From NCBI GenBank assembly GCA_003344405.1, contig NOWV01000024.1, forward strand, positions 310,001 through 374,000: a stretch of 64,000 nt of DNA. Reading direction: 5' to 3'. The notes beneath the pieces were generated by a model that was given only the letters and a program-made list of their open reading frames with translations, was not told the origin of the DNA and made no database searches. Source of the stretch: Trichoplax sp. H2 (taxonomy: Eukaryota). Shown here in pieces: positions 53,101 through 64,000 of the stretch (positions within the stretch are counted from its first letter, which is position 1; each line of letters begins with the position of its first letter). The translations under genes and the position numbers were made by a program.

Positions 53101-56100
53101 AGTATGATGTCCAGACTTACTCTAATAATCCGTCAGCTAGCCCTTTGATCATTTCTGTTACTTTACTAAATAAACCGAATACCCGCAGTTCTTCACAAGC
53201 AATTGACAGCCACAAAGGATTCGCTGACGCTTCTTTAGATAGTAGAGAATCCATTTGTACGGCGTCTAATCTTTTATTGAATTTCGTTAAAACTTCATCT
53301 ACAATTTCCTATACATTTTTACATGAATGCAAAGCAATGTTTTATTGTAACCATTGCAACCATTAATAATTTTTTCAGTTATCTTGCAAATGAATTAGCG
53401 AAGCAATAAAAATGGAGGCATAGGAATTCAGTAGGATCAACTTACCCTTCTACTATCTAGATCCAGTGGCCCACATAATACCTCTTTAGGAGGATTTAAT
53501 CGCCCTGCTAGACTATGATGACATGGTGTGCCGTTGATTACAGAACAAATGACTCTTACATTAGGTGATAATTTAAATGGCATCCAGCTAACTTGCTCAG
53601 ATTCCTTAGTTTTATCGAGCTATGTAGAAGCAATATTGGACAATTCATTACAGATTGTTAGTAATAGCATGTCTTGCAAGTACGGCAATCTTATAAAGCA
53701 TAGACACTATTACATCTTAATATTGCACCTGATTCAAAGCATCGAAGAAAAGAATAGTAGGTTCAAGTTTAGGATTGCTGAGAGTGATATTTGAAAGGCG
53801 TACCAGCGATTCTGTATCAGCAGGAATTTCTCCCTACAAAATAAGTAAAAATTTAAAACATAGACCACAACAGCCGGAGAGTGGGGGGTTATTACATGAA
53901 CCCCTAGCTTCAATTCCAGTACTTTGCGATTACTAGTTCAACAGCGAGTAATAATCAACTTACTACATATTTCAATTCCTTCAGCATTCGTTGTAATGTA
54001 AAACCGAGGTCAGTAGATCCTGGCGCAGCCCCAATAAAATGATAGAAGACATTCCAACCCTTGTTACCACCGCTGTGCGTTAGCAAAGCAATCAAATCAT
54101 CAATACGTAATAAACGTGCTAACATCGTGTATATCATCAATTGCTAGTATTAGAAATGGAGCTAATAAATTAATTCAACGCAAAAGAAAACAATATCGCA
54201 GTACTGTGGCATACTAATGGACAGATACTGCATAAGCCTTCTAAGTTTTAAGTATAAGCTAGAGGAAAACAAACATTAATTAATATTATGCATTGATGGA
54301 GGAATCTATAGTACCCAGGTATATCGTAGTTTTGTGCTTTATTTACAGTTGTGGCAGCACTTCTAGCGATAATTGCACTTTTTCCAGCTCCTGCTACACC
54401 AACAACTACCATAGGGACACAAGTGCTTTCCGAACGAATAAAATCTTGGATCTATATTGCAACAAGAATAAGATTTCAAAATACTGTAAATATTGACACT
54501 GTAAATATCCTTCATGTATTGAATCTCATATCCTAAAAATAAATGTAATCATTTACTGTATATGCTAATGTATGATACGTATATCCAACAAAGTAATTAA
54601 TTGATAATGGTTATAGTGGCAAACGTGGTGCACTCAATTTTTTGGAATTATGCTGTTACTACTGTCACGTACTTGATCTAAGATTTCATCTCGGCCCAAA
54701 ACGCTGGAGGAACGAGAATTGAGGAAAGTCTATTAAAAACAAATGTAAGAACTTATATTGGCTTGTAAATAGACACAGTATGTTGAAAAGTTATCCATAA
54801 AACACAATAATTTTATGGACTAGTACAATTCAATTCTACCGCTTTAGTAGAATATTATACCACTTAGAATTCAATTTCTATCGTCGACTTATCAAAGAAT
54901 TACCATATATAAGTATGATATGCATTAATTATTTAAAACTATTTTTAATTAAATTAGAAGTTCAGATTAAATTAACTGAAAGTTAATTTATAAGTTAACC
55001 CGTCAATTTTACTTTACTTAAAAAAACCAAAAGGACAAACACGCTCATAGCAATACTTTCTAATTTACAGCTGAAACACTGATCAAATTATGAGTGTTAC
55101 AAGGTACATGTATGAGTATTCGAAACTAATCGTTACCTCGTGTGCTTCACGTATTACTTCTAACTGGTCCATAGATGAAGTATCTAGAGGATACTGATGA
55201 CTTATTCGTGTTTTAAAAAATTCAAGTACCTGAATAAATAATAAACTTACAGTTATTTACATATACTTGAATAAAATGAATAACTTGGCATTAAGGCTAA
55301 TCTCAGATCTGGAATGGCTATCATCCGTTGGAGTAATGTTTCCAATTTGATTTACTAGTATAATTATGATTACGAGAGAATAATTATATTCCTTATTAGC
55401 TAAGATCCGTCTATTGAGTATTATTTTCTTGATAATGTCATTCTTTCTATTTATATTATGTAATTCAGCTAATATAAATAAATAGTAATTGGTCCTTGTA
55501 CGAAACACAGTTTGGAGGCACCTGTTAGTACCTCTTCGCATTCCTTGGTGCTAGGAACTAAATCAAATGGGGGCGTTAGCACTAAATTAGTCGGTGTAAC
55601 AGCTGTAACATCCTCTAAGTCATCAGCATCATTCCCTATTGAACGCCTATTCTGTTACTGTTGTGAATATGATATATATAATTTACGATTAATTAACTGT
55701 GCAGATTCATGCGAGCATTGGCGAAAATTGAAGTTTTTTTTTTGCGTACTATCGATTCATTCCACTGCCTTGTACCCACAGAACACAAGGATATGATAAT
55801 TAGGTCATTCACTAGTAAGCCCATTTGCCTTGAAGGCAGTCAAAATTGCTTTCAAGCTCTCTATATTTCGGCTGAAATGGTGGCTACCCAATGAAGGACA
55901 TGGAGACTTTGTGAGAGTCATCATCGTCGACTTTTAGTTCATACTGTATTGCATATGGTACCGATACAGGGCTTTGAGTTTATACTAAACAAGGGTACTA
56001 TCCATTACTTTCCATTTTGATAGTACGGCACAGCTATAGGCGTTGAGTACAAGGCCATTTTATTCCATACGTGATAGAGCACAGTAGACTAGCGTATACT

Positions 56101-59100
56101 TTACAGCAGCATCTTGGCTGATCCTCCCTGATCTTAGCAACATGATAACCGACTCCAGCTAAGGTCGATCAGCTCCTTCCTTATTAATCATTTTTCCACA
56201 ATGGAGAAATAAATTGGATAGACGAGAAATAAAAGATTCTCATATCGCAGTGGTGTTTACAAGTGAAAGTAGAAGTTCGTCTTTAATACTTTACCGTTAA
56301 GTATACCGTTCGTAATCGATAATACTAACTGAGACTAATAAATAAGTAATACAATCGAAGTAGGGCTCATTGGAATGACTATTCTGATCCAAAATTGATG
56401 ATGATCACAATATGGATAAGTGTTAACCAAAAGCACTTCCAGCTTGTCAATATGGACGTAATAGCTAATTGCTTGTGACGTAAAGTGAAGTGATTAAACT
56501 CATTTCTTGTACGAATTCTTTATTTAAATCAACTTGTCTGGTTTTTGTATGTTACAGCCTCAGATATAGTAGAGATTACTATTTATAACTCGTATAGTTA
56601 ATAGCTATCGCGTGCGAATAAAGAATGATAACAACTTGATCGACTTGACTGAAATGAATTAAGAAGGAGATACTACGCAAAGTATAAAGAGCGAGGGATA
56701 TACTAGTTATACTCAAATTAAGCTGTCGATTATTAGAAGATTGTAAGATCATATCGACTGATGCTGCGCTACGAACGATAAAAAAGTATGGACATAAAGC
56801 GTAAAAGATAATTGTAATAGGGTTTCAACATTATTGTACTATTAGATAAAATCAAAATTGGATTGATCTGTAATGCTAATCAAACGAATCAAACTTGCTT
56901 GGCAGAATCATTGTTAAGAAAAGAAAACAAGCAATTACTCGATAGTTAGGTTAATGGTGTGATTATGATAACCAAACAAAAAAGGCTTTCGACTATTCTT
57001 GGCCTTGTAGTTCACATCTTGTTAAATGATTAAGTATTCTAATTTTGAACTCAGTAGCAATAATAACTTACAATGAGTTAGCGTAGACTTGGCGGTGAAC
57101 AAGTAGCTATCTTAGAGAAATTTTCTACATTACGTGTCAATTGATGTTAAAACTTTTTTTTTATGATTGTATCGCAACGATAGATCGATAAACCTCGTTA
57201 TACGCCTAAATAAATTGTTCAAGTATTTGAATAGTTCGATGTCAAGTTCTAGCGAAGACAGTAAAATCAGGACAACAACAGCGAGAGTTATTCTATGAAA
57301 CTACTAAGGCATAATCTGGTGAAGCTAGCCGCAATGATATAAAGATAACCTATTAACAGAGTTTAATTATATATAATCATAGGAAATATTGAACAAAGTA
57401 GCGACTTATTTTCAGAGGTTGTACAATAATGACGTAACAGTTGGAACTCTCCGCAAGCGTATAGAAAAGCTTAGTGATGCATAACTACAATAAAGTCAAT
57501 CGGCCAAGATCGATCAATCATGGTGTAAAATGGCTCAATTGAAATGCTTGTAGTGTAAGTGTATGATTGCTTATAAAACTGTATTATGGGCAGTGGGAGA
57601 CACTGGCTAGCTTTACAACACAGCTATAAAAGTGGATTCGATCGATTGAGATTCATCAACAGTAAATCATATCCTTCCTTACAGTTATATACCAAGCAAA
57701 ATGAAATAGCAAGCTAGTTAAGGAAATATTACGAAATGAAATTATGATATAACTTACACTTTTAACGAAGATAGAGTCTGCTCCTAGGCCTTTAACACGG
57801 ACAGTATTTGATGCAGCATCAATACCATTGTATTGGCAGGTGTAAGTTACCACTCGCGATTCCTATATTGAATTAAAATCCCATTGCAATTAAAACGTAT
57901 GTTTGCCTAAATAGACGTAGAAAAATTTAGCAAATTTATGAAACACTGAATAAAAAAGAGAGTAAAATGGTTGTCTATGGACGATATTAAAGAGTTGAAT
58001 GAGACACAAATTGATGAAATTAGTAGTATTTATATGTATTTGCTAAATGGAAGTAGCATATAGGATAATAATTGATTCAACACTTGTTATAACCGCGTTT
58101 AGAGTAGAGAATATTGCAATCAATGTTGTGATTTTACGCCATAGGACAAATGGTTAATCATTCTTGAAATGATAGCAATCATAAAAATGAATAAAAAGTA
58201 TGAAGCAAAGGTTATGCTCGATGAGTCTAAGAAAATAGCCATACGAGCTATTGCCGATGAAGTTTTCATTTGTGGTGGAGTAAAAGGCAGTAAGTACTGA
58301 CTAAAAGTTTGGATGCAAGCAGGAATTGTTGATGATGATGGAAAGGATGAACAAGCACCAAAATACTCAATAATTTCATGTTGTGACTTCTTATCTATAA
58401 TTTCTTGTAAGTGATTACACTTTGAATGGTTCAATTAACAGTCCAAGGACATTATTCGGCAACTTTCATCCACCTTACTCTTCTTTATTGCTCGTTAGGT
58501 AAGCAGATTTATTGATTTTTGTTTAATGTGACCGATCGGTAGTTCTACCAGCCCCCGCCCCCAACCATCTCTTGTCTACTTTTAGCAAAACGATTCTTTC
58601 GTCGTCAAGGCAGTATGATTTGAGGAAGAGAATTGTTGCTATTACCAATGCATTTTCAAGCTAGCAGTAAAGTTGACGTTGTTTTCCTATTACAGTAGAT
58701 GCTGTAAGATCCAGTGTTGAATTACTATTCCATCCATACCTCAAGATCGATCAATGTGATAATACAACGCAAAGAATGTCAAAAGGGGAAGTGGATTTGA
58801 TTTGGAAAGTTGAATCAAAAAACGAGGACAACTACGATTGTCAGGCAAAAAATAAGCCAAAATGAACATCATAACAACAGCAGGACTATCAGATTAGTAT
58901 TACTAGGACTACCAATAATCATAGCATAGAATTCATCATTTAAATCTACCGAGATGTGGATCGTATAAGCAGGAAGAAAGATGCGCTGAAGAATTCAAGT
59001 TTGTTGTTTTGAAAATGAACATGGGAATCCTGCAAGAGTCAAGGACAGCAAAAGCATCGCCAGCGGACTCTACAGTAGTCAACAGTACGGTATCAAACAC

Positions 59101-62100
59101 AACCCTAAAAGGCAGCGGCGACGCCTCTCCGGTCACCCACTACAACAAATGATTGAAAAGGGGCGGTCGGATCGTCAACCACGATCTCTACTACACTTCA
59201 TCGCATCGAACAATGGATATCGATACCGTTATTAGTACCAGTATGGACCGTTATTAGTACCGGTATGGACCGGTAGAGTGATTGGACAAGTCCAACGGTA
59301 CAGTATCGTGGGTTTGGTTTTGACTCAGTACGTCACTCTGATACGGTCAATCGCCGGAATCGGTCATTCCCCGCCCCGCGTTGGACCCAAACAACGCTAC
59401 CAGACCTCCTAACAGTTATGCAGTATCCAGCTCGATTTGATCCAGTTGGTCTGTTTTCACCTACTCTCATCTACTCGACTAGCCCGTTATTTACCTAGAA
59501 TTACAGCTAGCTAAAGTCTTGGCAGTTTGAAGTTCTCCTGACAGTTACGCAGTATCCAGCTCGATTTGATCCAGCTGGTCTATTTTCACCCACTCTCATC
59601 TACTCGACTAGCCCCTTATTTACCTAGAATTACAGCTAGCTAAAGTCTTGGCAGTTTGAAGTTCTCCTAACAGTTACGCAGTATCCAGCTCGATTTGATC
59701 CAGCTGGTCTGTTTTCACCTACTCTCATCTACTTTACTAGCCCCTTATATACCTAGAATTACAGCTAGCTAAAGTCTTGGCAGTTTGAAGTTCTCCTAAC
59801 AGTTACGCAGTATCCAGCTCGATTTGATCCAGCTGGTCTATTTTCACCTACTCTCATCTATTTGACTAGCCCTTTATTTACCTAGAATTACAGTTAGATA
59901 AAGTCTTGGCAGTTTGAAGTTCTCCTAATAGTTACGCAGTATCCAGCTCGATTTGATCCAGCTGGTCTATTTTCACCTACTCTCATCTACTTGACTAGCC
60001 CCTTATTTACCTAGAATTACAGTTAGATAAAGTCTTGGCAGTTTGAAGTTCTCCTAATAGTTACGCAGTATCCAGCTCGATTTGATCCAGTTGGTCTGTT
60101 TTCACCTACTCTCATCTACTTGACTAGCCCCTTATTTACCTAGAATTACAGCTAGCTAAAGTCTTGGCAGTTTGAAGTTCTTTGATATGCGACGATAGAA
60201 GCAATCGTCAAAGATAGATCGATTATGCACTGTAGATAGATTGTATCATTGTGCTTAGATATGTCATCAATTAACATGAAAGATACTACAGGTAAAGACT
60301 ACTGTCGTCAAGACAAAACGACGAGTATGAGAAAGTCGCGGCAATTTAAAAGTTCTCCTCTTTCTTAGATATGTAACGATAGAAGCAATCATCAAAAATA
60401 GATCGATTATACATATATTGGTCATTCCCCAGCAAATGACCGATTCCCGGGATTGATCACAGAATAATGAAGTGTAAAGAGCTCACTGACTATAAACGTA
60501 TGATAGTAACGGTACATTTTCGTAAAGTATCTTAAGTGAGAAGGTTATACTATCATAAAATAATACATTTCAAAGACAGGATAATGAAATCGATTTATCG
60601 CATCATGTAAATACATTACCGGTACTTGCTTACTAGATCAACTCTATGTTGTTACCGTTTACTAAAATAATTATCACTATTTAGCAAGGAGTTGAGAAAA
60701 AAATTGAAAGAAATTGTTGCGTGTATCACATATCTCACATTAAAGTTACTGGGAAGTTTAGTATAGCAAAGGAAAAGCATAGTATGAATAAGTATCAACT
60801 AATCTTCATTCCAAACCGTTATCCTCATCTGTCTTTAACTTTGGTAAAACGCTACTGTATACTATGAGACTAGCTGTTAAATATATATAGATAATTTAGT
60901 AACTATATTGTAATAGGCCAAAAAAAATACAGCATGTTCAAGTTCTTAATAAATAGCTCGGAAATACCTGCAGTTCACTATTTGCTGAAAGTATTACATC
61001 AATATAACATCAACTAGTCAGTCAAGAAAGTAATACATGCCAGCATATCTTTGGTTTTAGAGTATACTACTCATGTCATCAGTAGTAACACAATTCGTCA
61101 TAAATCTAAATCAGATTTTATCCCTGGTTTTGTCGTCAATCATAGTCTCATAGCACTAAATTGTCATAGCTTTAATTAATGACTCATTATTCTACTGATT
61201 TACTGAGCACTCTTAATTAGATATCTTGCAAGAATTACTACTATCTAAATATGAAACTCTGTCAGATGCTATTGATTGGGTCGTAGAAAAAGATGAAATT
61301 ATTCACTCTAAGTAAAATCCATAACGCAAGGATATGTATGTACTGTATATAGCATGAAGAATATATCCTATTTTCAATTTTTCGTACCGGAAATCTTCCT
61401 AGTATACACTGTTTCAACATATCCATTTTTTCTGCTGCTTCAGTGGTCGTTTCAGAGAAGTTTTCCTTAACTTCATCGGGTAACGTTGATAGAAAAGTCT
61501 GATCACGAACTAAAAATAACGCTGAAAGAATAATTCGAGGATAAATTGAGAACTTGAATTTGGATATTTATGATAGTAATTACCTATCAGTTTAAGCAAT
61601 TCTATTACGCAAAGTAGGATGAATACTCCGTATGGATCAAAAATAAAAATCGACGAAAATCAATAATTAAATAATACAAGTAATTCATAAATAATAATGT
61701 TTGCGATACCATTTGGGTTAGCGTTACGGAATGCGCCATGAATAATTTCCATCTCAGTGATAGAGGTACCAAAAATCCAACCATATTCTTGTGCTAAGTA
61801 CTGAGGAACCTCTGATATTTGGGGAATCCAACCGGTACGATGACTACATATTAACGTATAAAGCATATAGTTGCGTTATAAAGTTAGCTGCCTCTGTTAA
61901 ATGAATACGATAATGGAGTAAGTATAGTAGGCCGAATTAACAGTTTGCGTTACATTAAATTAAACTTTAATGTAAGTATAAATCATAGCATTTCATGAAC
62001 CAAACTTTAAATTTTCTAGACTAGATCACTTAAGCCAAACTTAATATAGCCATAAATTAATTTATGGATAATCTCAACGTAGTCTAAAATTTCATGGCAA

Positions 62101-63396
62101 TAAAAACTATTTCATAAATTTGTGTATGTGCATGCTAACCTGGAAAGATTTATAAAGAATGGCCATTGATTATCTTCATAACATCGATCAATTTCTCCAA
62201 GACATATTTTCAGTGTTTCTTCTGAAGTAGCTTCTTTAGGCACGCCCTAATCAAGCATTAGTTTATTTACTTGCGGTTGAGAAATAACTCAATTTATAGC
62301 CTCAATACGCTATTTTATTTCATTAAGATAACTACTATCCTTTCTATAAGATAAATTGCCGGTTACTTATTCATTAATCAGGTGTAAAATTATCAATAGC
62401 TTCAGCGAAAATTAGGAAATATTATTTTCGGAGTTAGCTAAATTACTTTAGTACGGTAATAATGGTACTCGTAAACTGAATTGAGTAACATTAATAAATA
62501 GTATATCATTCTCAATATAAGGCAATATTCTACCCATAGCTATGAGCTACTATCAGAATTATTCCTTCACAATGCTCACAGTAAAATTATGCACCGTATT
62601 ATAGATGCTAGTTTCGTCTTTAGACGATATTTACTGTATTTCAAACTAATAATAAAATAATCTAAGCAGTTGATTATGCTTACAATCATGGTTTGCATTG
62701 GAATAAAAGTAAAATATTACCATTAATAATATTATTACACTTGATGAGGCATTCGATTAACTTACCCAGCGTAAATCACATTCAATTAAGTGCAACTTTA
62801 GCTTTTCGCACCATATTCTTAATTCAGGGAAGACCTTGATCATAGATGACCGCCAAATAGCATCTAATTAGTACTCACATTTAATACATTCGAAAAAGAT
62901 TTATCATTATTCTGATATGTTATCCTAAAATTCTCATTTAACTGCCTTTTCCCTATGAAAACTATTTATAAATAGTAAGGGCTATTAAGTACAGTCTACA
63001 TACTTGTTTGACCAAAATTTCTCTTTCAGCATGGAAATCTTTAAATGTTGAAGATACAAATAAGCGTATCGTCTTCCAGCCACGTCTTTTGATTACTGGC
63101 TTTATCTCAGTTTCATTACGAATTGATGTTGCTCGAACACAGTCCCAACATTCTCTCAGACTAGCTGGTTTACATTCGGATACCTCTTGTAGCGATAGTG
63201 AAGGCTTGGGTGGCAAATCTGACCACAATATAGTAAATGTCTCGATAGATCCCGATGCCTTCCTCACCTGAATCGATCTACGTCTAGACGATGCCGTCGA
63301 AACATCCGTTGCCGTGCTAGAAGGAGGAGGCTTATTCCTTGCTGTAGGTAGATTATCATCCACAACCTTTAAACTCTTACTAGACGAACAACCCAT
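50118..63396 (-). CDS. N-acylated DUF4062 - NACHT/STAND NTPase - TPR protein (TEP1/NPHP3-like architecture), ~1137 aa, 24 exons
   Basis: join(63396-63004,62834-62766,62246-62140,61843-61710,61521-61388,57862-57758,55229-55137,54729-54673,54451-54315,54072-53964,53833-53729,53619-53446,53308-53121,52979-52648,52546-52369,52248-52140,51874-51746,51660-51548,51448-51316,51231-51115,51040-50894,50808-50725,50492-50337,50228-50118), frame continuous. MGCSSSK start. DUF4062: IRLFVSSTFKDFHAERE...DLRWGV...SITEMEI. Walker A GVAGAGKS; Walker B ILFFDALNQL; NPLWL; ELPYHL. TPR-like end: YKKALEVCMQAYGEYH...IFGPTHPTT. Confidence 0.9.
57915..58930 (+). pseudogene. Possible decayed Ser/Thr kinase relic, antisense inside STAND intron 5
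   Basis: Ordered kinase-like fragments with stops and frameshifts: QIYETLNKKESKMV (I-II-like), IKELNETQIDEI (III-like), DKWLIILEMI (V-like), AKVMLDESKKI (VIb-VII-like), VKGSKY* (VIII-like), and CCDFLSIIS|LDAVRSSVELLFHPYL (XI-like, joined across a GT-AG intron). Recognised by eye only. Confidence 0.4.
59362..60430. mobile_element. 1047-bp insertion flanked by an exact 11-bp direct repeat (putative TSD)
   Basis: GGTCATTCCCC at 59362-59372 and 60420-60430, with different flanking bases on each side. Removing the insert and one repeat copy restores a ~56-bp palindrome. No TIR or ORF is seen inside. Confidence 0.6.
59406..60181. repeat. Young tandem array, 6 x 129 bp
   Basis: Units start 'ctcct' at 59406, 59535, 59664, 59793, 59922 and 60051 (exact 129-bp period) and are near-identical. 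The unit has stops in all six frames. Confidence 0.97.
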
Positions 63397-63774
63397 GATG
63401 CAGGATCACTCTAAACTTGGAATTATATACGAATTTATCGTATCTATACTATCAAAATAAAGGATTGGCTTGCTAAATATGTATAAAATATAAATCGTGA
63501 ACCAGAAATTTAGAATCGGGTTGATCTCGTTACTTTTTGAAATAAAACAACACCAAAATTGGGGTTACTAATGATTAACGAGCGAAATACTAATTAGTAC
63601 TCATGTACTGCATTATTAATAAACTATGAAGTTATATGAAACATTCTTTTCTAAATCGAAGAATTAACAATAAAGTAATCGATGCCATAAACAAAAGTTA
63701 TTGAGAAACAGTTTTATTTCTACTCATTAAATGATATTGGAAAGTAAAAATGAAGTTCAAAAAATTAAAAACAG

Positions 63775-63836
63775 GTGAGATCGTGGAATTCAGAACCCCT
63801 GACGGGAATTTGAGATGCTCACCATTGAGTTGTGCC
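63775..63836 (-). other. Possible degenerate tRNA/SINE-like remnant
   Basis: Minus strand reads ggcacaactcaatggtgagca...ggttctgaattcc, resembling Pol III A box and B box. No convincing cloverleaf. Confidence 0.2.
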
Positions 63837-64000
63837 TTTCATGTAATTATTACTAATGGTCTCAAATATATAGTTAAAATTGACAGCTTGAAATAGTATT
63901 CGTATTCGATACCTTGTAACAATTTTTCAATTAACTAAGAAACCTTCAGTATTTCTTAAATCATCTAATGGTGTATACTGTATATATCATAACCAACGTA

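Noticed and set aside
52995..54536. + strand ORFs overlapping the STAND exons
   Set aside because: Antisense shadows; the minus-strand spliced frame carries the Walker motifs.
58120..58434. 104-aa minus-strand ORF; also an in-frame TGA on the + strand read as Sec or mitochondrial Trp
   Set aside because: The ORF is better explained as the shadow of the + strand relic. TAG stops and frameshifts nearby argue for decay rather than recoding or a NUMT.
59406..60181. 129-bp array as a CRISPR array, a 43-aa coding repeat or tandem cassette exons
   Set aside because: No unique spacers, eukaryotic context, and stops in all six frames. The 43-nt AG..GT segment on the host strand lacks a pyrimidine tract and would introduce a stop.

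Overview
AT-rich (roughly one-third GC by eye) eukaryotic genomic DNA with compact genes and many short GT-AG introns. Gene content and style suggest an early-branching animal, most likely a placozoan (Trichoplax-like); this is inference. Splicing by hand gives eight family-assignable genes, each with a continuous frame: CNBD2-like cyclic-nucleotide-binding protein (+), glycerate kinase GLYCTK (-), BTB-BACK-Kelch protein (-), TAF3 (-), RASSF1/5-like (-), transposase-free SETMAR-like methyltransferase (-), intronless temptin-like protein with a probable GPI signal (+), and a 24-exon N-acylated DUF4062-NACHT/STAND-TPR gene (-). A tentative small orphan gene lies at 48.0-49.2 kb (-). The two long introns of the STAND gene are the most unusual part. 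They hold a decayed antisense kinase-like relic, same-strand exon-like segments that could give an alternative N-terminus, and a 1047-bp insertion. That insertion has an exact 11-bp flanking duplication, carries a 6x129-bp array and splits a small palindrome. Intergenic and intronic space holds many apparently unrelated local tandem arrays. No CRISPR array, rRNA or intact tRNA was seen. All exon coordinates come from manual reading and are unverified by transcripts.
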